From an uncultured Hymenobacter sp. (lineage in GTDB: Bacteria; Bacteroidota; Bacteroidia; Cytophagales; Hymenobacteraceae), in assembly GCF_964243305.1 (NCBI RefSeq), contig NZ_CAXTEF010000008.1, positions 7,269 to 71,268 on the forward strand: DNA of 64,000 nucleotides. Reading direction: 5' to 3'. The translations under genes and the position numbers were made by a program. Each line of letters opens with the position of its first letter. Within the stretch, counting starts at the first letter, position 1. A model generated the notes under the pieces. It did no database searches and was not told the DNA's origin. It was given only the letters and a program-made list of their open reading frames with translations. This document shows, one piece after another, positions 46,898 to 55,794 of this stretch.

Positions 46898-49438
46898 TTG
46901 AATTCGCTTTTCGACTTGTCTTTGCCCGAGCCCGTGGCGCCGGCTGACCGCACCACGCTCTTCGTGGATGTGATTTTGCCCCTACCCCTGCCCCGGCTCT
47001 ACACCTACCGCGTGCCCTACGAGCTGAACGACGCGGTCGTGATTGGTGGGCGCGTTATCGTGCAGTTCGGCGCCAAGCGCACCCTGAGCTGCATCGTGGC
47101 GGCCGTGCACGAGCGGCCACCCAAGGAGTATCAGGCCAAGTACATCCTGGAGTTTATTGACGATGCGCCGGTCGTGACGCAGCCGCAGCTCAAGCTGTTC
47201 CGCTGGATGGCCGACTACTACATGTGCACGCTCGGCGAGGTCATCAACGCCGCGCTGCCGGCCGCCCTCAAGCTTAGCTCCGAGTCGCGCATTCAGCTGC
47301 ACCCCAGCTACGCCACTGCCGAGGAGAAATACCCGCTCTCGGAGCAGGAAACGCAGATTGTGGAGGTGCTCAGCAGTGAGGATGGCCGGGCGCTGACCTT
47401 TACCGAAGTGGGTGAGCTGCTGGGCATCAGCTCGTTTCACAAGGTCATCAAGTCCTTGATGCAGAAGGACGTTATCTTTCTGTTTGAGCACCTGGCGGAT
47501 AAGTTTTCGCCCAAGGTGCTGAAGAAGGTGCGCTTGGCCTCGCTGTTCGTGGGCGAGGAAGCCGTGGAGCGGCTGTTTATGACGCTCAGCACCAAGCCCA
47601 AGCAGCTTGACGTGCTCTTGCGCTACTTGCAGCGGGTGCCCATCCATCAGGACGAGCGGCTGAACACGCGCGGCATGGAAAAGGCGGCCCTGACTTCTTC
47701 GCCGCACCTCTCGCCTTCGGCGGTTAACACGCTGATTAAGAATGGCGTGCTAGAGCAGTTCGACCAGATTGTGTCGCGCTTCCCGCTCGATGAAGAACCG
47801 AGCCGGCAGCTGCACTTCAGTCTGACGGAAGCGCAGACCACGGCGCGCGATGAAATCATGGGCCACTTCGCCGAGCGCGACATTGTGCTGCTGCACGGCG
47901 TGACCGGCGCGGGCAAGACCGAAATTTATATCGACCTGATTCGGCAGGCGCTGGAGGGCGGCGGGCAGGTGCTGTACCTGCTGCCCGAAATCGCCCTGAC
48001 GGCCCAGATTGTGACCCGGCTCATGCGCGTGTTCGGGCAGCGGCTGGGCGTGTACCACTCCAAATTCTCGGACAATGAGCGGGTGGAGGTGTGGAACGGC
48101 GTGCTCTCCGGGCGGTTTCAGGTGGTGGTGGGCGTGCGCTCGGCGGTGTTTCTGCCCTTCGATAATCTGGCCCTGATTATCGTTGATGAAGAGCACGAAT
48201 CGAGCTACAAGCAGTACGAGCCGGCCCCGCGCTACAACGCTCGCGAGGTGGCCCTGATGATGGCCAACTTCCAGGGCGCCAAGACCCTGCTCGGCTCGGC
48301 CACGCCGGCCGTCGAAACCTATTACCAGACTCGCGCTGGCCGCTACGGGCTGGTCACGCTCAGCAAGCGCTTCGGCGAGGCCGGAATGCCCGATATTGAG
48401 CTGATTGACACCCGCAAGCTGCGCGAAGCCAAGAAGATGCACAACCACTTCTCTTCGGACCTGCTCGAAGAAGTGGAGCGCAAGCTGGGCTTGCAGGAGC
48501 AGGTGATTCTGTTTCAGAACCGCCGCGGCTACGCGCCGGTGCTGGCCTGCCTGGACTGCGGCTGGATTCCGAAGTGCCAGAACTGCGCCGTGAGCCTGAG
48601 CTACCACAAGCACAGCCACGAGCTGCGCTGCCACTACTGCGGCTATCACGACCCGATGCCGGCGCAGTGCCCCGCCTGCGGCTCGCGCAACCTCAAAACC
48701 CAGGGCTTCGGCACCGAGAAGATTGAGGACGACCTCAAAATTATGCTGCCCCAGGCCAGCGTCGCGCGCATGGACCTGGACACGACCCGCGCCAAAAATG
48801 CCTACCAGCAGATTATCAGCGACTTCGAGCAGCAGAAAACCAACGTGCTGGTTGGCACTCAGATGGTGACCAAGGGCCTGGACTTCGCCAACGTGAGTTT
48901 GGTCGGCATCATCAATGCCGACAGCATCATTCACTACCCCGACTTTCGGGCCCACGAGCGGGCCTACCAGATGTTCGTGCAAGTGAGCGGCCGGGCCGGG
49001 CGCAAGGGCAAGAAGGGCAAGGTTCTGATTCAGACCGCTGACCCTACCCAGGTCATCTTCGACAAGGTGATGCGCAACGACTACCTGGAGTTCTACGAGT
49101 ACGAAATCCTCCAGCGGCGCGAGCACGGCTACCCACCCTATATGCGCGTCATCAAGATGACCGTCAAGCATATGGACCAGAGCTTAGGCGAGCAGGCCGC
49201 CATCTTGCTGACCCAGGAGCTGGTGGACCGGCTGGGCCGCGAGGCGGTGCTGGGGCCGGAAGCGCCCTACATCTTCCGCATCCGCAACTTCTACTTGCAG
49301 GAAATCACCATCAAGCTCAGCCGCGAGCACACCGTGCTCAAAAAAGCCAAGCAGGACATTTGCGACGCCATGAACGTGGTGCGCGACCACAAGGACTACA
49401 AGCAGGCCCGCCTCGTGGCCGATGTGGACCCGATGTGA
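46898..49438 (+). CDS. priA: Primosomal protein N' (replication restart helicase)
   Basis: HGVTGAGKT, DEEH, GSATP, two CxxC..CxxC Zn pairs, GTEK and GTQMVTKGLDF. TTG start at 46898 is preferred. Confidence 0.97.
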   Translation: MNSLFDLSLPEPVAPADRTTLFVDVILPLPLPRLYTYRVPYELNDAVVIGGRVIVQFGAKRTLSCIVAAVHERPPKEYQAKYILEFIDDAPVVTQPQLKLFRWMADYYMCTLGEVINAALPAALKLSSESRIQLHPSYATAEEKYPLSEQETQIVEVLSSEDGRALTFTEVGELLGISSFHKVIKSLMQKDVIFLFEHLADKFSPKVLKKVRLASLFVGEEAVERLFMTLSTKPKQLDVLLRYLQRVPIHQDERLNTRGMEKAALTSSPHLSPSAVNTLIKNGVLEQFDQIVSRFPLDEEPSRQLHFSLTEAQTTARDEIMGHFAERDIVLLHGVTGAGKTEIYIDLIRQALEGGGQVLYLLPEIALTAQIVTRLMRVFGQRLGVYHSKFSDNERVEVWNGVLSGRFQVVVGVRSAVFLPFDNLALIIVDEEHESSYKQYEPAPRYNAREVALMMANFQGAKTLLGSATPAVETYYQTRAGRYGLVTLSKRFGEAGMPDIELIDTRKLREAKKMHNHFSSDLLEEVERKLGLQEQVILFQNRRGYAPVLACLDCGWIPKCQNCAVSLSYHKHSHELRCHYCGYHDPMPAQCPACGSRNLKTQGFGTEKIEDDLKIMLPQASVARMDLDTTRAKNAYQQIISDFEQQKTNVLVGTQMVTKGLDFANVSLVGIINADSIIHYPDFRAHERAYQMFVQVSGRAGRKGKKGKVLIQTADPTQVIFDKVMRNDYLEFYEYEILQRREHGYPPYMRVIKMTVKHMDQSLGEQAAILLTQELVDRLGREAVLGPEAPYIFRIRNFYLQEITIKLSREHTVLKKAKQDICDAMNVVRDHKDYKQARLVADVDPM

Positions 49439-49497
49439 GGCTGCGCTTAATCAAGAAGGAGGAATTAGCGTAGTAGCCCTGCTTTTCCCTTCATTTA

Positions 49498-49549
49498 TCT
49501 CCGAAAAAAGCCCTTACAGCTCAGTGCGGTAAGGGCTTTTTTTCGGAGA
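49498..49549. terminator. Bidirectional terminator between priA and the convergent gene
   Basis: CCGAAAAAAGCCCTTAC..GTAAGGGCTTTTTTTCGG. Confidence 0.88.
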
Positions 49550-49563
49550 AACCAAGAATTATT

Positions 49564-50181
49564 CTATAAGCTATCAAGCAGATAGAGCACAATGACAGCT
49601 ACACCAACGATGCCGATAATGAGGCCTAATACTCCAATGAGTGTACCAAGTGTCCCGCCAATTGCTCCCGCTAGAATGCCAATCAAGATACCTATCAAGA
49701 GCAGAATCAGGCCCTGACGGAGCTTGCTATCCAGTCGCTGAGTGGAAGCAGTATTATCATGGCGGCCGGAAGCGGCTTTTTGGCTGGCCTTTTCCAATTT
49801 GCGGGTTATTTTCGCCACGGCCAGCCGCTGCACCGGATTGAGCTTGCGGGAGGGGGTAGGGGTCACAACTGTAGCTGGGTCGGCCACCGTGGTAGCAACC
49901 ACCGTAGCTGACGAGGCAGCCACAGCTTGGGCAGTGGCTGGCGCCAGTACGGATTCAGCCTGGGGCGTAGCGGGGGAGGTAGGCGTGACCACCGGAGTCG
50001 CGACGGGGGCAGCAACTATTTCGCGCTCAACGGGAACCGGCGTGCGCACACGAGCCACGCCGTGGTACGGCGACGAGGTTTTGGGCAGCACGGCGTACTC
50101 GGCGCGATTGCAGCTACCCAGCGTCAGGGCGCAGGCCATCACGGCCAGCAGCTTGGAAAAAGAAGCAGACAGGTGTTTCAT
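49564..50181 (-). CDS. Hypothetical lipoprotein with Pro/Thr/Ala linker and C-terminal hydrophobic hairpin
   Basis: Lipobox LGSC and two C-terminal hydrophobic helices. Confidence 0.75.
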   Translation of the reverse strand: MKHLSASFSKLLAVMACALTLGSCNRAEYAVLPKTSSPYHGVARVRTPVPVEREIVAAPVATPVVTPTSPATPQAESVLAPATAQAVAASSATVVATTVADPATVVTPTPSRKLNPVQRLAVAKITRKLEKASQKAASGRHDNTASTQRLDSKLRQGLILLLIGILIGILAGAIGGTLGTLIGVLGLIIGIVGVAVIVLYLLDSL

Positions 50182-50360
50182 AGAACAAGAAAAAGTGGGA
50201 AAATGGGGTTACTACGGGCTGCAAAGCTAGACGATGAGGTTTAAACGAATTTTTTGGGTTTGTGAAATTTCGCTCGCCCAACGTTTTCGGGCGGGTGGCC
50301 GCCGCGCCGAACGCCGGACCGCCGGCTTTTGTTAGGTCCAGTCTCCAACTTACCTTCCGT

Positions 50361-51158
50361 ATGAAGTATCTGCTTTCCAGCTGTATGCTGACCGTAGGCG
50401 GGGCGCTGGCCCTGCTGGCTTGTACTCAGCTGCCCGCCGAAACCAATCCGGTGCAGCTCAGCGGGCAGGCGATGACCAGCCTTACTGCCCCTACCCCCCC
50501 CGCGGCCACTGACACCACCGGCTATCAGACCCGCCCGGCCCGCGACCCCAACGGCATTGGGCGCTACTACCTGGGCCGGCAAATTGCCCACGTCATGGGC
50601 CACGAGGGCGCCAGCTGGCTGGAGCGCAGCGACCGGCAGCAGGAAGAAGGCACCGACATCCTGCTGCGCGAGCTGAAGCTCAAGCCCACCGACGTGGTGG
50701 CGGATATCGGGGCGGGTACGGGCTTTTTCTCCTTCCGCATGGCCAAGCTGGTGCCGCGCGGGCAGGTGCTGGCCGTCGATATTCAGCCCGAGATGATTGC
50801 GGAATTAGAGCGAAACAAGCGGGCCAGCCAAGCTCCTAATGTGCGCCCCGTGCTGGGCACTACGTCTGACCCCAAACTACCGGCTGGCAGCGTCGATTTG
50901 GCGCTCATCGTCGATGCGTACCATGAGTTTGACCACCCGCGCGAGATGGGGCAGGCCATCCGGGCGGCGCTGCGGCCCGGCACCGGCCGGCTGGCTTTGG
51001 TCGAGTACCGCGCCGAAGACCCCAGCGTGCCCATCAAGCAGATTCACAAGATGAGCGTGGCCCAGGCCCGCAAGGAGATGGCCGCCGTGGGGCTGGAGTT
51101 TGTGGAGGTAATAGAAAGCCTGCCGCAGCAGCACCTGCTGATTTTCCGACGGAAGTGA
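50361..51158 (+). CDS. Class I SAM-dependent methyltransferase with predicted lipoprotein signal
   Basis: VVADIGAGTGFF, LAVDIQPEM and VDAYHEF. N-terminus MKYLL..ALALLAC. Confidence 0.9.
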   Translation: MKYLLSSCMLTVGGALALLACTQLPAETNPVQLSGQAMTSLTAPTPPAATDTTGYQTRPARDPNGIGRYYLGRQIAHVMGHEGASWLERSDRQQEEGTDILLRELKLKPTDVVADIGAGTGFFSFRMAKLVPRGQVLAVDIQPEMIAELERNKRASQAPNVRPVLGTTSDPKLPAGSVDLALIVDAYHEFDHPREMGQAIRAALRPGTGRLALVEYRAEDPSVPIKQIHKMSVAQARKEMAAVGLEFVEVIESLPQQHLLIFRRK

Positions 51159-51175
51159 AGGGGTAAAGACCCGGA

Positions 51176-51281
51176 GAAGGAACATCATACTGAGCCCCGC
51201 GAAGCATCTCTACCGCGTAGTACTCCAATCGTTCAGTGAGGCGGTAGAGGTGCTTCGCGGGGCTCAGTATGATGTTCCTTC
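51176..51281. repeat. Long palindromic element, copy 4
   Basis: 41-bp arms at 51176-51216 and 51241-51281 with one mismatch. Confidence 0.92.
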
Positions 51282-51316
51282 GGCGCTATAGCCTCTTCCT
51301 GCCGACCTTTGCGCTC

Positions 51317-52549
51317 ATGCCAAGCCACCCCCGCGACCTTTCGATTCACGATTTTTCCTACCCCCTGCCGCCGGAGCGAATTGCCGGGCACCCCGCCGCC
51401 GAGCGCGGTGGCAGCCGCCTGCTGGTGAGCCGCGGCGGCCAGCTGAGCGACCGCCGGTTTGCCGAGTTGCCGGCCGAGCTGCCCGCCGATTCGCTGCTCA
51501 TCTTCAACGACACGCGCGTGCTGCCGGCCCGGCTGCTGGCTTACCGGCCCAGCGGCGGCGCGGTGGAGCTGTTTTGTCTGGAGCCGGTGGCGCCGCCCAG
51601 CCTGGAGCTGGCCCTGGCCCAAACCGAAAGCTGCACTTGGAAATGCCTGGTGGGCCGCGGTCAGCGCTGGAAAAGCGGCCCCGTCACGACCAGCTTCGAG
51701 GCGGACGGGCAGCCGGGCACGCTCCGGGCCGGGCGCGAAGGCCGTGAGGACGCTGAAAGCCTGATTCGCTTTCAGTGGGAACCGGCCAGGCTTTCATTCA
51801 GCCAGGTGCTGGCCGCCGCCGGCCAGTTGCCGCTGCCACCCTACCTGCGGCGCTCGCCCACCGCCGCCGACGCCCTACGCTACCAGACCGTGTATGCCGC
51901 ACAGGCGGGCGCCGTGGCCGCGCCCACCGCCGGGCTGCACTTCACCCCCGAGGTGCTGGCCGAGCTGAGCCGGCGCGGCACCGCTTTCGGCCACCTCACG
52001 CTGCACGTGGGCGCGGGCACGTTTCAGCCGGTGAAGGCCGCGCGCATGGCCGACCACGCCATGCACGCCGAGCCGCTGCTGGTGCGAGCAGCGCTGCTGC
52101 GCCAGCTGCTGGCTCATCAGCGCGGGCCCGTTATCGCGGTGGGCACCACCAGCCTGCGCACCCTCGAAAGCTTATACTGGCTCGGCGCCGGCCTGCTGGC
52201 GCCAGCTAGCGCCGCGGCGGCTGGCCAACTAGCTGTGGGCCAGTGGCAGCCCTACGAGATGCTGGCTGCGGCCCAACCAACGATGGAGGCTGCTTTGCGG
52301 GCCTTGCTCAGCTATCTGGAAGCCCAGGGCGCGGAAGTGCTCGAAGTCAGCACTCGCCTGCTGATTGCGCCCGGCTACTCGTTTCGGGTGGCGCAGGGGC
52401 TGATTACCAATTTTCATCAGCCCGAAAGCACCCTGCTGCTCTTGGTGGCCGCCCTGCTCGGCCCTGACTGGCGGCAGCTGTATGCGCACGCGCTGGCCCA
52501 CGGCTACCAGTTTCTGAGCTACGGTGACAGCTCGCTGCTGCTGCCCTGA
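51317..52549 (+). CDS. queA: S-adenosylmethionine:tRNA ribosyltransferase-isomerase
   Basis: FSYPLP.ERIA, LIFNDTRVLPARL, PLPPY, RYQTVYA..GAVAAPTAGLHF, TLHVGAGTF.PV, ITNFHQP and FLSYGD. Confidence 0.96.
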   Translation: MPSHPRDLSIHDFSYPLPPERIAGHPAAERGGSRLLVSRGGQLSDRRFAELPAELPADSLLIFNDTRVLPARLLAYRPSGGAVELFCLEPVAPPSLELALAQTESCTWKCLVGRGQRWKSGPVTTSFEADGQPGTLRAGREGREDAESLIRFQWEPARLSFSQVLAAAGQLPLPPYLRRSPTAADALRYQTVYAAQAGAVAAPTAGLHFTPEVLAELSRRGTAFGHLTLHVGAGTFQPVKAARMADHAMHAEPLLVRAALLRQLLAHQRGPVIAVGTTSLRTLESLYWLGAGLLAPASAAAAGQLAVGQWQPYEMLAAAQPTMEAALRALLSYLEAQGAEVLEVSTRLLIAPGYSFRVAQGLITNFHQPESTLLLLVAALLGPDWRQLYAHALAHGYQFLSYGDSSLLLP

Positions 52550-52676
52550 TGCGGGGCCGGGTAGCGGAACCACGTCAGTTTCCCTACCCCCGCCGCCGCC
52601 GCAACCCGCTGAGGGGCTTGTCGTATAAGGCGCCGTAGCTACTCATTTAATCGCTGCCGAAGCAGCCCTATCAACC

Positions 52677-53024
52677 ATGAAAATCAAAACGTTAGGTTTC
52701 TTTATCGCAGCTTGTTCCATCGCCACTGCCTCCTTTGCGCAGCAGGAGCAGCCCCGCACGGAGGTGAAGACGCGCGACAACGGTACTCAGAAAATCACCA
52801 CTGTTAAGGCCAACGGCTCCCGCACCGTCACCAAAACCGGCAAAACCAACCTCGGCGCCGCCGCCGACAATACCAAGGACGCGGCGGGCAATGTGGTCAC
52901 CAAGGCCGGCTCAGCCGTAGTCAAGACCGGCAAGAAGGCGGGCAAAGCAGTAAAGAGAGGCGCCCGCAAGGTGGGCACCGGCGCCAAGCGCGTAACCCGC
53001 AAGGCCGAAACGACCACGGAGTAG
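52677..53024 (+). CDS. Small secreted Lys/Thr/Ala-rich hypothetical protein
   Basis: Signal peptide (ASFA-Q), a hydrophilic basic mature part and its own terminator. Confidence 0.8.
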   Translation: MKIKTLGFFIAACSIATASFAQQEQPRTEVKTRDNGTQKITTVKANGSRTVTKTGKTNLGAAADNTKDAAGNVVTKAGSAVVKTGKKAGKAVKRGARKVGTGAKRVTRKAETTTE

Positions 53025-53049
53025 TTTGTAGCCACCCGCCTCATTCAAC

Positions 53050-53081
53050 AAAAAGCCCCGCCACTTCGGCGGGGCTTTTTT
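53050..53081 (+). terminator. Intrinsic terminator
   Basis: AAAAAGCCCCGCC-ACTTC-GGCGGGGCTTTTT. Confidence 0.88.
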
Positions 53082-53098
53082 GGTAGCAGCTTTACGGA

Positions 53099-53533
53099 AT
53101 GGAAATCACGCTTACCACGCCGGCCCTGCTGTTTCCGGCCCTCTCACTGCTGCTGCTGGCTTATACCAACCGCTTTATGGCGCTGGCTAACCGCGTGCGC
53201 AGCCTCAAAACCCTGTACCTCGACACGCCTTCGGTGCGAGTGATGCAGCAGATTGACAACTTGCGGCGGCGCTTGCTCATTGTGCGCAACATGCAGGCCG
53301 TGGGCATTGCCAGCATGTTCGGCTGCGTACTGACCATGTTTTTGCTTTTTGCCGGGCTGCTGGCGCCAGCCCATCTGCTGTTCGGGGCCAGCCTGCTGGG
53401 GCTGCTGGTTTCGCTGGGCATGTCGCTGCACGAAATCCTGATTTCGGTGGCTGCGCTCAATATCGAGTTGAACGAGCTGGAACATGGCGAGGCGCCATGT
53501 CACCCATCACCCGCGCCCCACGACCGAGGCTAA
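53099..53533 (+). CDS. DUF2721 domain membrane protein
   Basis: TPALLFPALSLLLLAYTNRF, QIDNLRRRL..R.MQ and EI.IS..AL. Confidence 0.85.
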   Translation: MEITLTTPALLFPALSLLLLAYTNRFMALANRVRSLKTLYLDTPSVRVMQQIDNLRRRLLIVRNMQAVGIASMFGCVLTMFLLFAGLLAPAHLLFGASLLGLLVSLGMSLHEILISVAALNIELNELEHGEAPCHPSPAPHDRG

Positions 53534-53566
53534 GTCAGGGCCGGGGCCGACTTAGGTCCCTACCCC

Positions 53567-53827
53567 CTACTCCACCGTGGGGCCGGCCGCGGTGTCGGGC
53601 TGGTCTTTTTCGCGCAGCTGATACAGCACGCTTTCGGCCACGCCGTTGCCAAACAAGCTCAGGCCGGCGTTGAGCACCACCAGCGCGGCCGTACCGGCCG
53701 GCACCCAGGTACCGGCCGGGCGGCCCTTTTGCATAAGCGAGCCCGCCCACTGCACCATGCAGGCGCCCGCGCCCACCGTAACGAGTCCTAGTGGCGCCAG
53801 CAGCAGCCATTTCGATTTGTGCGTCAT
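53567..53827 (-). CDS. Small membrane protein of unknown function
   Basis: 86 aa with two hydrophobic segments (KWLLLAPLGL..; W..AGTAALVVLNAGLSLFG). Confidence 0.75.
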   Translation of the reverse strand: MTHKSKWLLLAPLGLVTVGAGACMVQWAGSLMQKGRPAGTWVPAGTAALVVLNAGLSLFGNGVAESVLYQLREKDQPDTAAGPTVE

Positions 53828-53867
53828 GTCTTCAGATTATTAAGGTGATAAGGATGATAAGTGGGTT

Positions 53868-53936
53868 GGTGAGCGGGGGGGGGGGGGGGGGCCGAGACTG
53901 GCAGTCAGCCCCGGCCCCTACCCCCCCCCTCTCACC
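53868..53936. repeat. G17 homopolymer within an imperfect hairpin
   Basis: GGTGAG-C-G17 (53875-53891)...CCCCTA-C9-T-CTCACC. Confidence 0.7.
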
Positions 53937-54132
53937 TATACCGCAATCGTAACTTTCGCCGCTAAGGTTACGGCTGAGCTGGTTCAGGGCCGGGCGGCAA
54001 GCTGCGCCCGTAAGCGGCTAATGCACCAGCTGGCACCACCACGGCGACGCTTTAACTGCCCAACGCCCACCCGCCCGGCTCATCCGGGGCGCCCTTAATT
54101 CCCTACCCCCCTCCCTCTTCCCCAACGCACCC

Positions 54133-54597
54133 ATGTACACCATGCTGCTCCACCTCGCCTTCCCTGACCCCGCCGACGCGGCCCGCTTTCTCACGCCGCC
54201 GGTGCGGCAGGCCGAGGCCGCTTTTCGGGCGGCGCAGCCGCCGGCCGAGCAAGCCTTTCGCTTCGAGCAGTGGCGCCTGGGCGTGGGCATGAGCCTGCTC
54301 CAGCTCGTGGCCAACCTCGGCGACCAGCCCGAAAGCCGGCAGCTCGTGCCCGTGCTGCACCGCGCCCTGAGCCAGAGCCGCTCGCCCCAGGACATCGACC
54401 GGGTGATGCAGCGCGAGGCCCAGCTGTTTGATGAGCTGTACCACAACCTCTACGTCAACGAGCAGGGCGAGCAGCTCTTCGACCTCTTCGCCCGCACCCT
54501 CGACGCCGACCGGCCCGAGCTGCTCGCGGCCGTGGCCGCCGAAGCCGTGGCCCTGGTGCCGCAGCTGAATTTTGAGCGCGACGACGAGGACGAGTAG
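54133..54597 (+). CDS. Hypothetical alpha-helical protein
   Basis: 154-aa ORF with genome-typical codon usage and an acidic tail; no family recognised. Confidence 0.75.
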   Translation: MYTMLLHLAFPDPADAARFLTPPVRQAEAAFRAAQPPAEQAFRFEQWRLGVGMSLLQLVANLGDQPESRQLVPVLHRALSQSRSPQDIDRVMQREAQLFDELYHNLYVNEQGEQLFDLFARTLDADRPELLAAVAAEAVALVPQLNFERDDEDE

Positions 54598-54795
54598 GCT
54601 GGCGGCAAAGCGGCAAAAAGAAGGGGGTAGGAAAGCTGTAATGAACTGCCTGGGGTCACGATTCAAGGGCCCGGAAAGCAAGTGATGCGTGAGGAGAATA
54701 AGCCGCTGTTTGAGCACGACTAAGCCCCGTCATTTGTTCTATCGGCGTGGCGGCCTGACTGGGCGGCTGCGTCTCACTTTTCGCCGTTTTCACTT

Positions 54796-55707
54796 ATGAC
54801 ACTGGCTTTTTTAGGATTCATTTTAGTGCTGCTGGGCCTCAATGCGGCCCGGCTCTCGCCGGGCCTGGAGCGCCTGCGCGGGCTGCTCACGCTCGGCGGG
54901 TTGGGCCTGCTGATTGCGGGGCTGGCCCTGAGCACCGTGGTACAGATTGGCGTCGGCCAGGTGGGGGTGCAAACCTTGTTTGGCAAGGTCGAAGACCGGG
55001 TTTTGCCGCCGGGGCTGAGCGTCGTTAATCCGCTGGTTGACGTGACCCGCTTCGACACCCGCACCCAGAACTACACCATGTCGGCCACGCACACCGAGGG
55101 TCAGCAGGCCGGCGACGATGCCATCCGGGTGCTCTCGGCCGACGGCCTGGAAGTGGTGATTGACCTGACCGTGCTTTACCACGTCGTGCCGCAGCAGGCG
55201 CCCAAAATCCTCTCCACCATCGGCGAGGATTACCAGGAGAAAATCGTGCGCGCCATCTCCCGCACCCGTATCCGCGACAACGCCGTTTATTACGACGCCG
55301 TGGCCTTGTATTCCAGCCGCCGCGACGAGTTCCAAACCCGCATCCTCAACGCCATCGAGAAGGATTTTCAAGCCAGCGGCCTAAAGCTCGACCAGCTGCT
55401 GATTCGTAACATCCAGCTCCCGCAGTCGGTGAAGACCAGCATCGAGAGCAAGATTTCGGCCGAGCAGGATGCGCAGAAGATGCAGTTTGTGCTGCAAAAG
55501 GAAAAGCAGGAAGCCGAGCGCAAGCGCGTCGAGGCCCAAGGCATCGCCGACTATCAGCGCATCGTCAACACCGAGTTGAGCGACAAGCTGCTGCAATACG
55601 AAACCATCAAGGCCAACCAGGCCATCGCCACCTCGCCCAACGCCAAGGTCATCATCATGGGCGGCGGCCGGGGCCCCGTGCCGCAGCTGCTGCTGGCGGA
55701 TAAGTAG
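54796..55707 (+). CDS. SPFH/prohibitin (band 7) family protein
   Basis: N-terminal TMs, LSADGLEVVIDLTVLY, RTRIRD, KISAEQDAQKM..EAERKRVEAQGIA. Confidence 0.93.
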   Translation: MTLAFLGFILVLLGLNAARLSPGLERLRGLLTLGGLGLLIAGLALSTVVQIGVGQVGVQTLFGKVEDRVLPPGLSVVNPLVDVTRFDTRTQNYTMSATHTEGQQAGDDAIRVLSADGLEVVIDLTVLYHVVPQQAPKILSTIGEDYQEKIVRAISRTRIRDNAVYYDAVALYSSRRDEFQTRILNAIEKDFQASGLKLDQLLIRNIQLPQSVKTSIESKISAEQDAQKMQFVLQKEKQEAERKRVEAQGIADYQRIVNTELSDKLLQYETIKANQAIATSPNAKVIIMGGGRGPVPQLLLADK

Positions 55708-55730
55708 GGGGGTAGGGAATAGTTTAATGT

Positions 55731-55765
55731 AAAAAGGTCCCTGGCAAGCAGCCAGGGGCCTTTTT
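55731..55765. terminator. Bidirectional terminator between SPFH and susD
   Basis: AAAAAGGTCCCTGGC..GCCAGGGGCCTTTTT. Confidence 0.82.
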
Positions 55766-55794
55766 ATTATTTCTTAAAGACCGATTAGCAACCC

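Noticed and set aside
47750-49171. 473-aa minus-strand ORF opposite priA
   Set aside because: Codon-mirror antisense frame with no recognisable domain.
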